A DNA stretch of 52,165 nt, the filler included, from Dirinaria sp. TL-2023a (Eukaryota): the NCBI GenBank assembly GCA_051941275.1. It is 3 parts of 3 records of this genome, joined end to end, with 100 filler letters (N's around TTAATTAATTAA, not from the genome) between each part and the next. Parts side by side here need not be neighbours in the genome. Positions count along the whole stretch, not along the records: positions 17,441 to 34,769 come from JAVEBF010000436.1; positions 34,870 to 52,165 come from JAVEBF010000437.1; 1 more part is not named here. One strand, given 5' to 3'. Below are positions 33,061 to 45,348 of the stretch, one piece after another. Within the stretch, counting starts at the first letter, position 1; each line of letters begins with the position of its first letter. Made by a program: the position numbers and the translations under genes. A model generated the notes under the pieces. The model did not search any database. It was given only the letters and a program-made list of their open reading frames with translations, and was not told the DNA's origin.

Positions 33061-34769
33061 CTCAGATCTGAGCTTAACTTGCTAAATCCGGTGGATATCC
33101 ATCCCAGCTGCAATGGACGATAACATAGAGGTTTACTGAGCACCTGCATCCTTATCTCCTAAGTGAGCTTAACTTGTATCATAGACTAGCAAAAGCATCA
33201 ATTATCAAACCCTGGCTCCCTAACAAATTGAGACTGTAGTTCAGCCGGCTGATTGACGCAGCAATTACTCGTACAAAACGACGCCTCAGCACAGTGAGAT
33301 CCCTTTGCACTGATTGCATCCTTGGGCCTCACCACCTGTTTCGCCTACAATGTCACACGTTTTACTCACAACAGCCTCAAATCCTTTCAAATTTGATACT
33401 ATGTCGCGGTATGATTTGGCCTAAGCTAAATAGATACCGACGAACAACTACTGACAGAGTACCACAACGGTTAATGGAGATTCCCTCATCCAACCCCCAA
33501 TTCAAAATCCTCCCTCAATCTTAGCCTTCCTCCGTTGACAACACCTTCACTATAAGCCATCCCCTCAACTTACACTTCACCTCAGAAGTCTGCGCAATCG
33601 TAAACTAAAGCCAAACTTTAAAAAATCCTTTTATGTCTCGTCGACATTTGGGATAATGCTGATGCTAGCGTTCATTATAGTAGGCCATGGGAATGGGCGT
33701 AAAAGAAAACAGTGGAATGCAGATACTGCGCGGTTATCTTTGACAGATTGAGTTTGTCTGAGGTGAGTTGGTGTTTGTTTTCTGAGGGAGATTCTGGATT
33801 TTTATCACGGCAGACGCTCTACTTCTAAAGGATATAGATTACATGGTTTTTTGCCTGGAAGGTTTTAGTATTACTTCGAGCCAGCGATCTAGATTTGATC
33901 CGATTTGGAAGTCCGCGGCTGGTATAGGTGCTAGAGTCTAGGATTTCTTTGGCAATGGATCTAAGGGGATGTAAATACTGGTGGTTACTGAGATGGAATT
34001 CGAGAGCTAAGTTGGGTATATTACATTCGGAGAGGTGTGGTGCTGAGAATAGGGGTGGGTTGAGGGATATCTTGGGCGAGAGGAGGATGGAGAGGTTTTA
34101 GAGTGAAATATATTTTTCGCGTTGAGCTTGTCGTAGAATTTGGATAAATCCATGATGAAGAAATAAGGATGTCAATTTCGCGGAGCAAAGTAACGAGATA
34201 CTGAATATTGGTTGTTGGTACAAAGAGCAGTAAGCCTAAGCTCCGTATTCCTGGGCGATCTATCTACCATCCGGCTCTGTCTATTCGGTAACAAAAAACT
34301 CGTATCTATTCGAAAGAGCTCACACTTTCTAGCAGTCTAGCATGCTGGTTCACCCTAAGCTCAACGTCGATATCAAAACATTGCTCTTCAGAGACGCTCA
34401 TGGTTTCGGAGCCTGAAAAATTGTTAGCAAGAGTGTGGCAACGCGTGATGAGAACGTACGACTAAAATCCGGGTTCTATGCGTTGGTTGGGAGATCATTA
34501 CTAATGTCGATTCGAATTTGCCCATTGTTCCCTAAATGCAGGGTGAGTTATGCGACCTTGTATAAAAGGCTTGCAATGGCGTCTAACCGAGTCCGTGAAC
34601 CGAACCAACCAGCCCATTCTGGATACACATGCTATAGATATCTACGCCTGCAGTCCAAATATCGGCCCACTTCTCGACGGTGGAGCCTGAATAAGGGTCT
34701 CTCGAGACCAAAATCCCACAGTCTCGTCCGGCTGGAGTCTCTAACAGTACCACACGAATTAATGAGCAA

Positions 34770-34869
34770 NNNNNNNNNNNNNNNNNNNNNNNNNNNNNNN
34801 NNNNNNNNNNNNNTTAATTAATTAANNNNNNNNNNNNNNNNNNNNNNNNNNNNNNNNNNNNNNNNNNNN
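34770..34869. other. Artificial scaffold spacer: N44-TTAATTAATTAA-N44
   Basis: Same 100-nt construct as 17341-17440, with the 12-mer at 34814-34825. Confidence 0.97.
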
Positions 34870-35552
34870 TGGTATAGCTCGTGGTAGAGGTGCTTGTCAA
34901 TCTTGCCCGAGGCGCGATATTTGACGAGGAGACGACGAAGAACGCGCAGACGACGCATCCACAAAACTTGACTGTATATAGGAGGAATGATTAGCTTTTG
35001 GCGCTTGTAATTTAAATGTGGCATGCTATTGCATCCAATAAAACTATTTTGATCTTTTTGATGCGTCTTCCACCGGATGACAGATCAGAGGAGACTGCAA
35101 CCGGTGAACTAGAAACGAGGCCACGTACCTGGGCATCCGAGCATCGGCGGTACCCTTCCTCTTACCAAACCCTCGGTGCCTCCCAATGCGTCTTGCGGCA
35201 GTCAATTCCCTCGCGCGCGCACGCGAGTGCATGGTAACTTGTTTGCGAATGATGAGGCCGTCGGAAATCAGTTTGCGGATAGTGTTGCGAGAGTTGGCAT
35301 TGGAGATTTCGTTGACTTCATTCGGATCGAGCCAGATCTTGCGCTTACCGCAGCCGGCAACGGAGGCTGCAAGGCGCTTCTGCGTACGCAAATTGACCCT
35401 GTAAAAAGTCAACGTAGGTCCCAGTCGAAAGAAGGGGGGGCATAGAGGGGTCTGTGGAGCATTGTAACGTGTAGATTTTGAACTCCATTGAACTCCCACC
35501 GGAGCAGCAGTCGTGCAGCTCACAAGAGACCCTAACGAGAATCAACTTACAT
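34870..35552 (-). CDS. RPL19: 60S ribosomal protein L19 (eL19), 3' part lost in the gap; exons 35552-35551 (AT of split ATG), 35398-35129, 34971->34870
   Basis: [28 protein letters not shown]...[52 protein letters not shown]. The start codon is split by an intron (caagAT|gtaagt...tacag|G). Confidence 0.97.
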
Positions 35553-35868
35553 CTTGAACAAGCTGGGATGGGCTGAATGTAGAGACAGATGATGATAGAG
35601 CGTGGTCGAGGAAGTCCAAAGTTGAACGAGTCATCCACTCGAGCCACTCTAGCGGGATCTGTGGGATGCTTGGCGTCGTTGCTAAGGCTAAGCGAGAAAA
35701 GATACCGTACCGTATTATTACTGATGTCATGCGAGACAGCGAGAGTACGAGTTACCTCGGCTTACCTTAGGTAGTCCTTTGCGATCACGATGAAGGTAGA
35801 TTGCTTTTCCCAGGCCGTCCAATTGCAACAGCGCACCATTTGCTAACATTAATGTAATTAAATCCAAC

Positions 35869-36528
35869 ATGAGCCAATCCGCCAACCTCACTCCCTGGCC
35901 GCCTTTAGATGGCCTTTCCACAGTGGTTGTCCCCCGCTCCTCCTCTATCCTCCACGTATCAGGCTCTACCCGTATCGCGGCCCCTGCCTCCTTCGTATTC
36001 TCCATAGTCCTAGACACTGCTTCTTATCCGAAATGGAATAGCTTTGTTCCGCGCGCCACGATCAACTCTCAGCCACCCTCTGTCCCGGAGGAGAAGCAGA
36101 ATGTCCTACACAAAGACACTCATTTCGTGTTCCATGCGATCATGGATCAGAAGAAGCCGGATAGCGTGTCGGATACGAAGTTGCGGGTGACCGACTACTC
36201 TACTCCGGACCAGCAGTCGGGATATGTCCCTGAAGACTTGTTGGAGAACGATGGCTCGTTTCACAAGGACCAAGGACAGGTGTATAGGGTGACCTGGACT
36301 GTCGAAGGAGCGTTTTTGACTCTGGGTTTGAGCGCTCAGAGATTCCATGAGATCATAGTTTTGGGTGAGCAGGAGTGCGAACTCCGGACCTGGGAGTGTT
36401 ATGGAGGGATACTGGCAAGGGTGGTGAAGTTCATGTATAAGGATGTGTTGCAGGCGCACTTCGAGCGATACTGTCAGGAGCTAAAGATGGAGGCGGAGAA
36501 AAGAGTCGCAGATTCGAAGCCAAAGTGA
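35869..36528 (+). CDS. SRPBCC/START-like (polyketide cyclase/dehydrase-like) ligand-binding protein, 219 aa
   Basis: N-terminal STRIAAPASFVFSIVLDTASYPKWNSFVP is typical of SRPBCC/Polyketide_cyc2. The C-terminus has AQRFHEI...RTWECYGGILA and a terminal helix (FERYCQELKMEAE). Confidence 0.75.
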   Translation: MSQSANLTPWPPLDGLSTVVVPRSSSILHVSGSTRIAAPASFVFSIVLDTASYPKWNSFVPRATINSQPPSVPEEKQNVLHKDTHFVFHAIMDQKKPDSVSDTKLRVTDYSTPDQQSGYVPEDLLENDGSFHKDQGQVYRVTWTVEGAFLTLGLSAQRFHEIIVLGEQECELRTWECYGGILARVVKFMYKDVLQAHFERYCQELKMEAEKRVADSKPK

Positions 36529-36655
36529 TGCGAATTGATTGACGAGTATTTGTTAGCATGTTTTGACGGGTTTTTCTCAACACCAGGCTATGCTTCGTCG
36601 TCTAAGGCTAATGTCTAGATCTATCTCATCCCAGTTCTTGAGGAATGTGTGCTCA

Positions 36656-39600
36656 TTATTCTTCAAAGCTCTCGCCCAGATCTACCTTTCCGACGCTCCA
36701 TATCTCCCTTTCGTCTTCTCGCTCATCATTCGAAAGCCCAAGGCCACCCTGGCCACCCTCCGCTTCTTTCCTCTCGCGAGCCTGGTTCCCTAGCCTAACC
36801 GCTACGCGCTTGAAGTAATCCTGCATACTTCTTTTGGTTGCGGGATTCAACTCTTCCCCTGTGATATACTCGTTGAATATTCCGCTTTCTGATTCCACAA
36901 CGGAAAAGATTGCTAGGAAGGCGGCTTCGGCAGCGAGCTTGACCGGGATAACAGGATCACGAACGCTGGCGAATACGGGAGGGGCAAGAAGAGAGATGTG
37001 AGGTTGGATGATATGGCGACGATTTCTGCTGACTGTTCGAATGACAACGAGGGATAGCCGGCGTGTGTCTATGGGGTTTCCCGGAGAGACCGCTCGCGCC
37101 AAAGCTTCCAGTAAAACCCTAGCAGTTTCTGGATTGGGTTCTTGTTCTTCAGCTAGTAAGTATTTACCAGCGGCTAGGATGCAGTTTTCTTGGACGAAAG
37201 TCTGGGTTGTCATTAGCCTAAAGCCTTGCTATACTGGTGAATCACTTACACTTCTATTACTGATGCCTTGACAGATGACTGCTAGCGTGTCGCTTGCAAA
37301 GCCAGCCCACAAAGTAGCTGGGGAGTCCAGCAAGACTGCATTGAGAGCAAGTGCCGAAGATGTTGTAATGTGTCCAGTGACTACACGATGCTTAATCAAG
37401 TTGTTCGTGCTAGGCGATGGCGGTTGACTTTTGATCAGAGCTCCGAGCAGCCTAGCATTCGTAATGGCCATAGTTTCATCTTGGTTGCCAGCATCATTAT
37501 CGATGAGCCCCAGAACGGCTGAGCGAGACGCTTCATTCATATTGGATCCTGCTTTGCTTACTACTTCATAGAGTGCCTTCGTCATAGCATTCTGGACCCC
37601 AGGATCTGGTGTTTTAGACCCTGTGATCAATTCCGCAATCAATGGGTCTATCCTTGGGGTCAACGTGATTAATGTACCCAGCGCTTTGGCTGCCCTTGAC
37701 CGGAGCGTTTCGCTGGTAGGATCAGCAAGAGACTTGGCAAATGTACGTTGGAGCTGGGGCAAGAACGGCTTGAGGAAAGTTGGAATCTTCTCGAGGAGGT
37801 TGTTCAGGGTAAACAAGATTGCAGACTTGACGTCTGTCGACCGTTCGGATACAACCCGGATCAAGGGACCAGTGATTTGAGTCACGAAGGGCTTCAGGCC
37901 TTCAGCACCTGTGCGGTCGATGATATCAGATATAGCTAATGCCGCTTGAATTCGTTGCTCCGTGGTACCATTCATGAGACCGTGCAGAAAAATTGGTAGA
38001 ATTGCGTTAATTCCTTTGGGTAACATGAAACCAGGCAGATTGGACCCTGGCACTCCAACCTGCTGGAGGACCTGGCGTGTGGAGAAGACAAGAGCCTCCA
38101 TACCCTCTTTTCGAAGGTGTTTTGTCAACTCGGTGAGGGCAGCAACTGCCGCTCTTACCACATTCCTATCTCCGTCATCGAACGAAATAAGCAACACACG
38201 TATGAGATCTTGGTGATAGCGTGAATAGTCAAGTTCAGTCTTCTCAAAGAAATTTCCCAGTCGCTCATCAGCAATGGCTCGTTTGCGGTGATCGCCATGC
38301 TTCACCAGGGCCAACATGACGCTCATAGCAGTGTTTAGGCCGTCGTATTCGTCGACAGAGACAAGTATGGTATCGAATGCTTCCACCAAGTCAATTCGCA
38401 TCTCATCATCCTCACAGGCCTCGATGTTTTCCATCAGAGTATTTAGGACAATGGGAAGTCTGCGGGTCATAGCAGGTCCCGCAACTTTTGACAAAGAAGC
38501 AATTGCTTTGGCATTGAAGGAAGACACGGGAGAAATCAGTAGGGTCGGTACAAGGTTCGGCAGGATGACATTGGACCTGGTATTGTCAGTGAGCAACGTA
38601 AGCAAAGCTGATAGAGCAGTATCTGCCTCATCCTCAGTGCGGAGAAGATTTAGCAAATGAGGTAGTATCTGGTCAACAGATCGCTTGCCAAACATTTTCT
38701 GCAACGAGTCGAAGGCTTCAGCCGCCGCCTCTCGGACTTCAGCATCTGAGTCAACCAAGGCAACTCGCACGACGGATATCAGAGTTTCCTCATAGTCTTC
38801 AAGAGCTTCCTCTGAGGCCGATGAGATAACCTCGCGAAGGGCAATGCAGATACCCTGCTTGTTATCGGAGTCCGTTGAAGTCTGAAGACCTTCTTCCAAG
38901 CTCGGGAGTAGGGTAGCAAGCACCCCTTCCCCAGCCTTCCTAATTAGCTCTCCTAGCGCATTACCGGCAATGACCTTTTGCTCCACATTGGAGCTTGCCA
39001 GCCGCTGAATTATACGCTGTGAAAGCGTTGGCACTAATTCTTTCAGTGTCCTTGGAGTGGCTACAAGTGCCTTCCACACGTTAATGGCTGCACTTCTAAC
39101 CAAACCTGAGGTGTCGCAGCGGCAAATATAAAGCGATGACAGGATCCTATTCCGCTTCTCTTCTCCCAGGACCTCGAGCAATGACTGGCCGGCTTCTGTG
39201 GCTCCTTCCTCAATCTCATCTTGCTCAGTCGACGCGTTAAGTCCGGTGAGGTTGAACAGCAAGTCACCAACCAGTTCAACAGAACTCAGCCGTATACGAT
39301 AATTGTCATTCCCAAGCCCACGGTCGAGCTCAGGAAGGAGAAGGTCGATAGCCTTTGTAGCGAAGTTCTTGACTAGTAGTCTTCCAGCCCGCAGCGATGT
39401 TTCGCGAATGCTTTCTATCTCATCGGCAAGACCGGACAAAATAGGAGGTATGATTCTGCTGAGATAATTCGCGAAGCTGTTTCCAAAACAGGCTGGCAAG
39501 TATATGAACAAAGAAATGAAACCTTCTCGAACGGTAGGCTTTGTGCTCGCGACATTCTGAAGTATGGTTGGAAGGGTCTCCTGGAGCCGTCCGGTACCCA

Positions 39601-42600
39601 ACCCAGCTAGTACCTCACTCAGCGCCTGTGCAGATCCCAGCCTATCACCAGCGCCAGTATCGGATTTCAGCGTTGCCATGAGACTTGGTATCAAATCTGG
39701 CAGGGCATCCTCGCCAAGCTTCTCAACGAGTGACCCAAGCGCTTTGGAAGCGGTCGCGCGAGTGGCTGGGACGGGATCAACGACAGCGAGCTTCAAGCCT
39801 GTAACAAGGACAGGAAGGTGAGAGACAATGTCCTTTCGATCTGTGAGGTGAGCCAAGCTTCCAATGATCTGAGCAGACTTGCGCTTCGTTCCAGAGCGAT
39901 CGCTGAGGCCTCGGCCAAGAATGCGGACTATCAGGGCCAGAGAAGGTGAATCAAGATAGTGTACGAAAGATATCTTGATGAGCGCATCCAGAGCTTCATC
40001 TGTAAATTTAGTGGGGTCGCTGAGGGCTCTCAGTAGAATGTTTACCACTCCTTTAATTTCTGGATTGTTTATAACCTCACCGAAGCGCTGCAAGCTGCGA
40101 TTTGCCGCTGTTCGTACTTCTTTGTGGCTATCTGTCAAAACGTTGGTGAGTGGAGGTATTATGTCCGGAAGGCTCATTGCGAGCTGCTGTGGATCGAGAT
40201 AAGCCATTGCACCCAACAGATCACAAGCACCTTTTTTACTTCTCCATTGCTGTTCGTTTAACCCATCTAAAAGAATGGGAAGAATCTGTTTCACACCATA
40301 TGAACTTAAGTTAGCGAAACATACTTTCGAAGCGTCAAGACAAGCCTCTCGAACATCTGCAGTAGAGTCGCCGAACCCCGACAACAGCTGTGGTACCAAT
40401 TGAAGAACGAATGGCTCGAATAATGGTCCGAGAATGAGGGACAGAAGCTCGTAAGCGAAGAAAGCCCCTTGACGATGAGTCTGATCTTTCTTATTTTCGA
40501 CCGCAGCTCGTAAAGTTGATAGAATTCTGAGCTCGCGCAGAGCAGATATGCCTTTACCACTGACAATACCGGCTAAACCGTACGCTGCGCCCCTTCTTGC
40601 GGCATACTTCTTTGAATGGAAGAGTTGATCAATAGAGTACTGGAGATAATCTCCTGTCATCTGATTCGAGGTCCGGACGAGGGGTGGTAAGCAAGCCGCA
40701 ACAGCGTATTGAACAGTCTCAGAAGGTGTGCTTAGTGTAGTCAACAATTTTTCAACTACTTTGGGTACTCTTTCATCCCCATCCTCGAGATGGCATGCTA
40801 GAGCTCCATAGAGAATGACTACAGCCTCGCTGACGAGATCAGACATCGAAGTACTCTGATCAGAGTCGTCCAGGGTACGTTCAAACATTGGCATCAACTC
40901 TCCAAGCTTCTCGGAGCCGCGATGGGCGATGAGGCTTGTCGCACACTCAATCATCTCACCCCGTACCGATGGATTGCGATCACCTATCGCGCTATCATTG
41001 ACTAAGAACTCAACGAAAGGAAGAAGCTCATTTGATTTGAACTTGGTTGCCATCTCTCTAAAGGCAGTTGCTATACCACTCCTAGCCTCCCAAGGGTCTC
41101 TAAGATCGGTCTTTTTTGGCATCCCAAACTCATCTCGTTCCGGCAGTCTCGGTTTAGCGAGTTCCCGGTATCGAGCCTCAAGTTGTGTCAGTATTTGGAT
41201 GGAGACAGAAACATCGTCGCTAATGCATTCAGCAAGTGATCTTGCTGCCGCTCTTCTAAGCTGGCCGTCAGTTTCCTCAAGGTATGGCACAAGCTTGACT
41301 GCGTCAGAAGGTTGCAGCTCAAATGCATTTTCCTCCCAGATAGCTTGACCAAGCTCAGCGTTCTCGTCCGCATCATCGTGACTGGCTATCCAAATTTCAA
41401 TGGAGAAGTCAAGGTCGGTCAGATCCACCTCTTGTCGTATGGCTTGTAACACAGAACCCCTCACAGCCACCTGAGGAACTAACGTACCTTTCACAAGAGA
41501 AGACGCTTCTGCTGGAGATAAATTCGATGCACAAGCTCTGGAAGAATCGAAGAGGCAATCCTTGATAGCTCTGTAATGTTGGGTATAGCGCTGCATTGAT
41601 TCGATCAGTAGTGCTAGCAGCTCATTTCTTGGTAAGCGTCCATCTGAAACTATCGAGCGAAACAAATCAGCCATCATCGAATCTGAGAATCCAGTATGAG
41701 GCTGCAGCCAACTTACGTGTGCCTGCGTGGAAGGAAAGAAATTCAAGAGCGAGGGTCAGCTGTTCATCGATATCCTCACGTGCTGATACTCCAAGGCCAT
41801 TCCCCCTTAGAACTGCAAACACTAGGGGCAAGACGTATGCCAAAGACACTGTGTCAAAAGATCGTTGCTCGCTCGAAAACCGTAGACGATAGAGCAGTCT
41901 CGTAACTAGATCTGACAAATTATCAACCCCTATCCCTCAAACAAGAGAAAGATGATTACCTCCTAAGGGCTCCTCACACAGCGATACTGGTAGCTGTACT
42001 GATTCCAGCGGTCGAAGCGTAGCTATTCCTATGAAAGGCCGCAGAGAACCTAGACGAGATGAGACAAGATTTGAGCAGGTGATGTAAGCTTCGTTTGCAT
42101 CATTCTCTACAATACGTCCAGCGCCAGCAGCAATAATTCCAAACAGGGTTTCCAAGCAAGGTCCCATCCACAGTATTGCCTCAGTAGGGGGCCCTGTAGC
42201 CAGAGCGTGTATGAAACCAATCCCTCTTCTCAGATGGCTCTCAAGTTCCAGGACTTCTTTCCTAATCTTAGCTTCTTTGGCCAATTGCGCATCCAGTTTC
42301 GCCCTTTCCTCAACTGTAAGCTTCTTCTCCTGGCCTTTCTTTTGGGCCAATTGGTTTCTGATTTCCTGCTCCCATTTCATTGTCTCATAATCTCGTGAGC
42401 TCTTATTAGGGATCGTCTCCCGACCCTTGTTACTTAGTACATCGATGAATGGGGTATCTTTTGGATGGCGAGCGATTGCTACGTCAAATGGTCCAACATT
42501 GCTCAATCGCTCCGCAGACAGATCGCTCCGGATTTTTGCAACCAGTAGTGGCGTTATTATGTCTGGACATACAAATGCGAGCTCAGCTGCGCTCTTACAG

Positions 42601-44886
42601 GTTGCAAGTCTCAAATTGGCCGAAGGATGCATTGCGTCAAGTAAGCTTATCGCCTTCAGAGCGTTTGCTCGCGCAAGCTCACCCGGATCTTGCCCAACCC
42701 TGAGGCATAATTCAATCCAGTTGACTCTTGGAAGAATTTCTGGTTGAGCTAGAATAAGCATATCGAGTAATTGGGAACGCAGGACTTCGCTATCGTAACT
42801 ATGTGACTGGATTTGGATCTCTTTCGACGAAGGGAAGATAGAGCGGACGGCTAAATAGAGATTGGAGTTCCCAGTCTTTGAAGCTGCAGAAGCAGAATCT
42901 ATTTGGGAGTCCTCGATCTGCTTATACCATGTCCACAAACCTCGAATGATAAGCTGGCCAACAACCCTAGCCTGGGAGTAGTATGTCTCTCGAAGGAGTG
43001 CAGCTGCCTCTTTTCTGACCGCTGGAAGACTGTCGGCTGCAGTGATGAAAAAAAGGAAGGCTAAACTCCAGCCGTTGCCGGCCGATGGTGATAAATCTGC
43101 GTCCGAGCATTGTTTGACACTGAAGGCGCGGATAGCCCAGATCATCTCCTCCTTCGCGGCCAGCTTTGTATATAGCCGGTGATTCAAAATCGAACCCTTC
43201 TCACTAGTGGAAAAGGCTCGTTCGAGGATTCTTGACTTTCGCAAAAGTGATTTATTTTCATGACTCTCGCTAAGTGTAGCGAGTAGGTCATGACTTGCAA
43301 CGGCCACATAAGCCGCAGCCGCTAGTCCGGATTGCACAGATGATTGAGGATTTGCTGTTACTTCATCGAATAGGTCTGTAAATTTTGGTATCGTAGCGTC
43401 GACCAATTTTGAGGCTACAGCGGTCTTGACTAATCCGTCCTTCAAGGGGCGCAGAATCTCTCCAACTCTCAACGCCCATGCCTTCCGAACCGACGGACGT
43501 TTATCACTCAGACCTTGAACAATGCTATTGATCCATTTCTCTATACCATTTGGACTATCTTCATCAGACTTCATTAGTATGAAAGAAAAGTGATGCGCAA
43601 GTGCTAGGGACTCTGAAGCTAGTGCTACTTCATTCGGCTCCTTCGAGACTAGTAGCGCTAATGAGGAACAGATAGATTTCGAGTAATCCTTATGAAAAGA
43701 CAGCAGACACAGCATTCGAGCATGTAGTGTGCGCTGCTCAGCAATATTTATCTTTGACGACGTCAACGGAAGCAGTATTTCCTCGGCGACTTTCTTAAGA
43801 CAGATCTCGTTGAAGGAGTGAGCCAGGCATGCTTCTAAGGTAGACATGACTCCGTTGCGGATGATGGGGTTCTGCGACTTGATGTTCGCTAATAAAGGCC
43901 TCAGCAGACGGTCTGCCAGAAACTCAGCAATATCAATTTCAGGTGGCAGGGACTTCACCATAGGCGACATAAGATCGTTGAGAACCACTTCAGGAGCTCT
44001 GAGGAGCGCCTTTTCGAATGCAGGAACCACGCATTCTTGGAGGTCCTTGACTGTTATGAAGTTCGCAAAAAATTCATTGTAGGCTGAAACTATATGGTTT
44101 GCTACAGGAGAACGGGACCCAAGTATCTCGCGTATGTAGAATGAATAGTAGCAATCCTTGATGGCCTCAATGGCTTGTCGCTTAGAGTCAAGACGGGCAC
44201 AGACACCCGCTAAAACGCCGAGGAGCACAGCGTTTCTGGGTCCCGTTCCCTGCGATTTTGCGGTAAGCTGAATCACGATTGTTGTGATTGCAGCTTCTCC
44301 TATCTCAGCTTCATTGAAGAGTTTCCGAAGAGCTCGCCGGGTAACTACCAAAGCAGATTGCTTGATGCTCCCGCGGCCATCCAATGATAAGCAACGTTCA
44401 AGTATCTTTGCGTGCTGTACCACGAGATCCAAGCCGTATTCAGCCCACAACTGGTGCTGGCGGGCATATTGTTGAATGATATCAGCTCCCCACTCCACCA
44501 GGACGAACGCATTCGCTGGTGCGATACCTCCTTTTGACGATTCCTCTTTTAGAAATTTGGCAAGCTCTCGCGCCACATTCGAATAAGTAGGGTTCTCGAG
44601 TAATACGCGTAAGCACTGTAACACTGCTCTGCGAGATGGGCGGTCTTGGTAGAAGGGGTATGTTTTGAAAAGACTTTGAATTAGGGCATCACTTTCGCTT
44701 GGAGGAAAAGCTGAGCCAGAATTAGTCGTCATTGAGTGTATATTAGCCAGTCTACTTACAGGAAGCTTGCAAAGTTTGCCTTAGAGATATTAAGGCTGCT
44801 ACTCGGCGCTTGGTAGAGCTCGAGGCCAAAGCTCCGCCGAAATCGATAAGAGTCAGTGGCTCATCTTGCTCAGGTTGAGCACCCAT
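36656..44886 (-). CDS. GCN1: eIF2-alpha kinase activator GCN1 (HEAT repeats), ~2672 aa; exons 44886-44760, 44710-41960, 41911-41717, 41649-37250, 37201-36656
   Basis: Motifs DPWEARSGIA, LSTPSETVQYAVA, RRGAAYGLAG, QWRSKKGAC, GDRLGSAQALSEV, RIRLSSVELVGDLL, LKPFVTQITGPLIR, KPFLPQLQRTF, VRDPVIPVKLAAE. Four GT-AG introns give a total of 8019 nt in frame, the expected length for Gcn1. Confidence 0.96.
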
Positions 44887-45348
44887 AATCGCTCATGGTA
44901 GTCGTACCCCGGATTATAAAACCCAAGCTACGTACTTTTCCCACACAAAAGGCACTGAGCCCGGGTAGCTTTACTTAAATCTCGAATGAAGGGACTGAGC
45001 GGGTGTTGTAATCGCAGCCCATCAAATGGAAAAATCCAAAATTACAGAGTTGTATTTTACGTCGTATTAAATCATGTCCTACCACCCTTTCCCGATGCTT
45101 GTACTCGTGCTCGTACCGTACCTTGAAGTAAATGAGATGTGAAATCCCCTTTGCGAGCACAACAGAATTGAAAGTGACCTGTCTTAATGGTGGACGGTCT
45201 TGTGGCTAACATGGCAGTGAGCTTCGTTAGACGTCGCTATGACTGAGAATTATCTACCTTGCATTACCGAGGCTTGGAAGCTCTGCAGTGACCGAGTGTC
45301 TGAGTTCCTGAAATAGCTCGTCCTACTACTCAGGAGGAAGAAAAAAAA

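Noticed and set aside
33500..34400. Strand-biased stretch with short protein-like fragments on the minus strand (possible decayed gene or transposon)
   Set aside because: Multiple stops, no recognisable domain and no terminal repeats, so a call cannot be supported.
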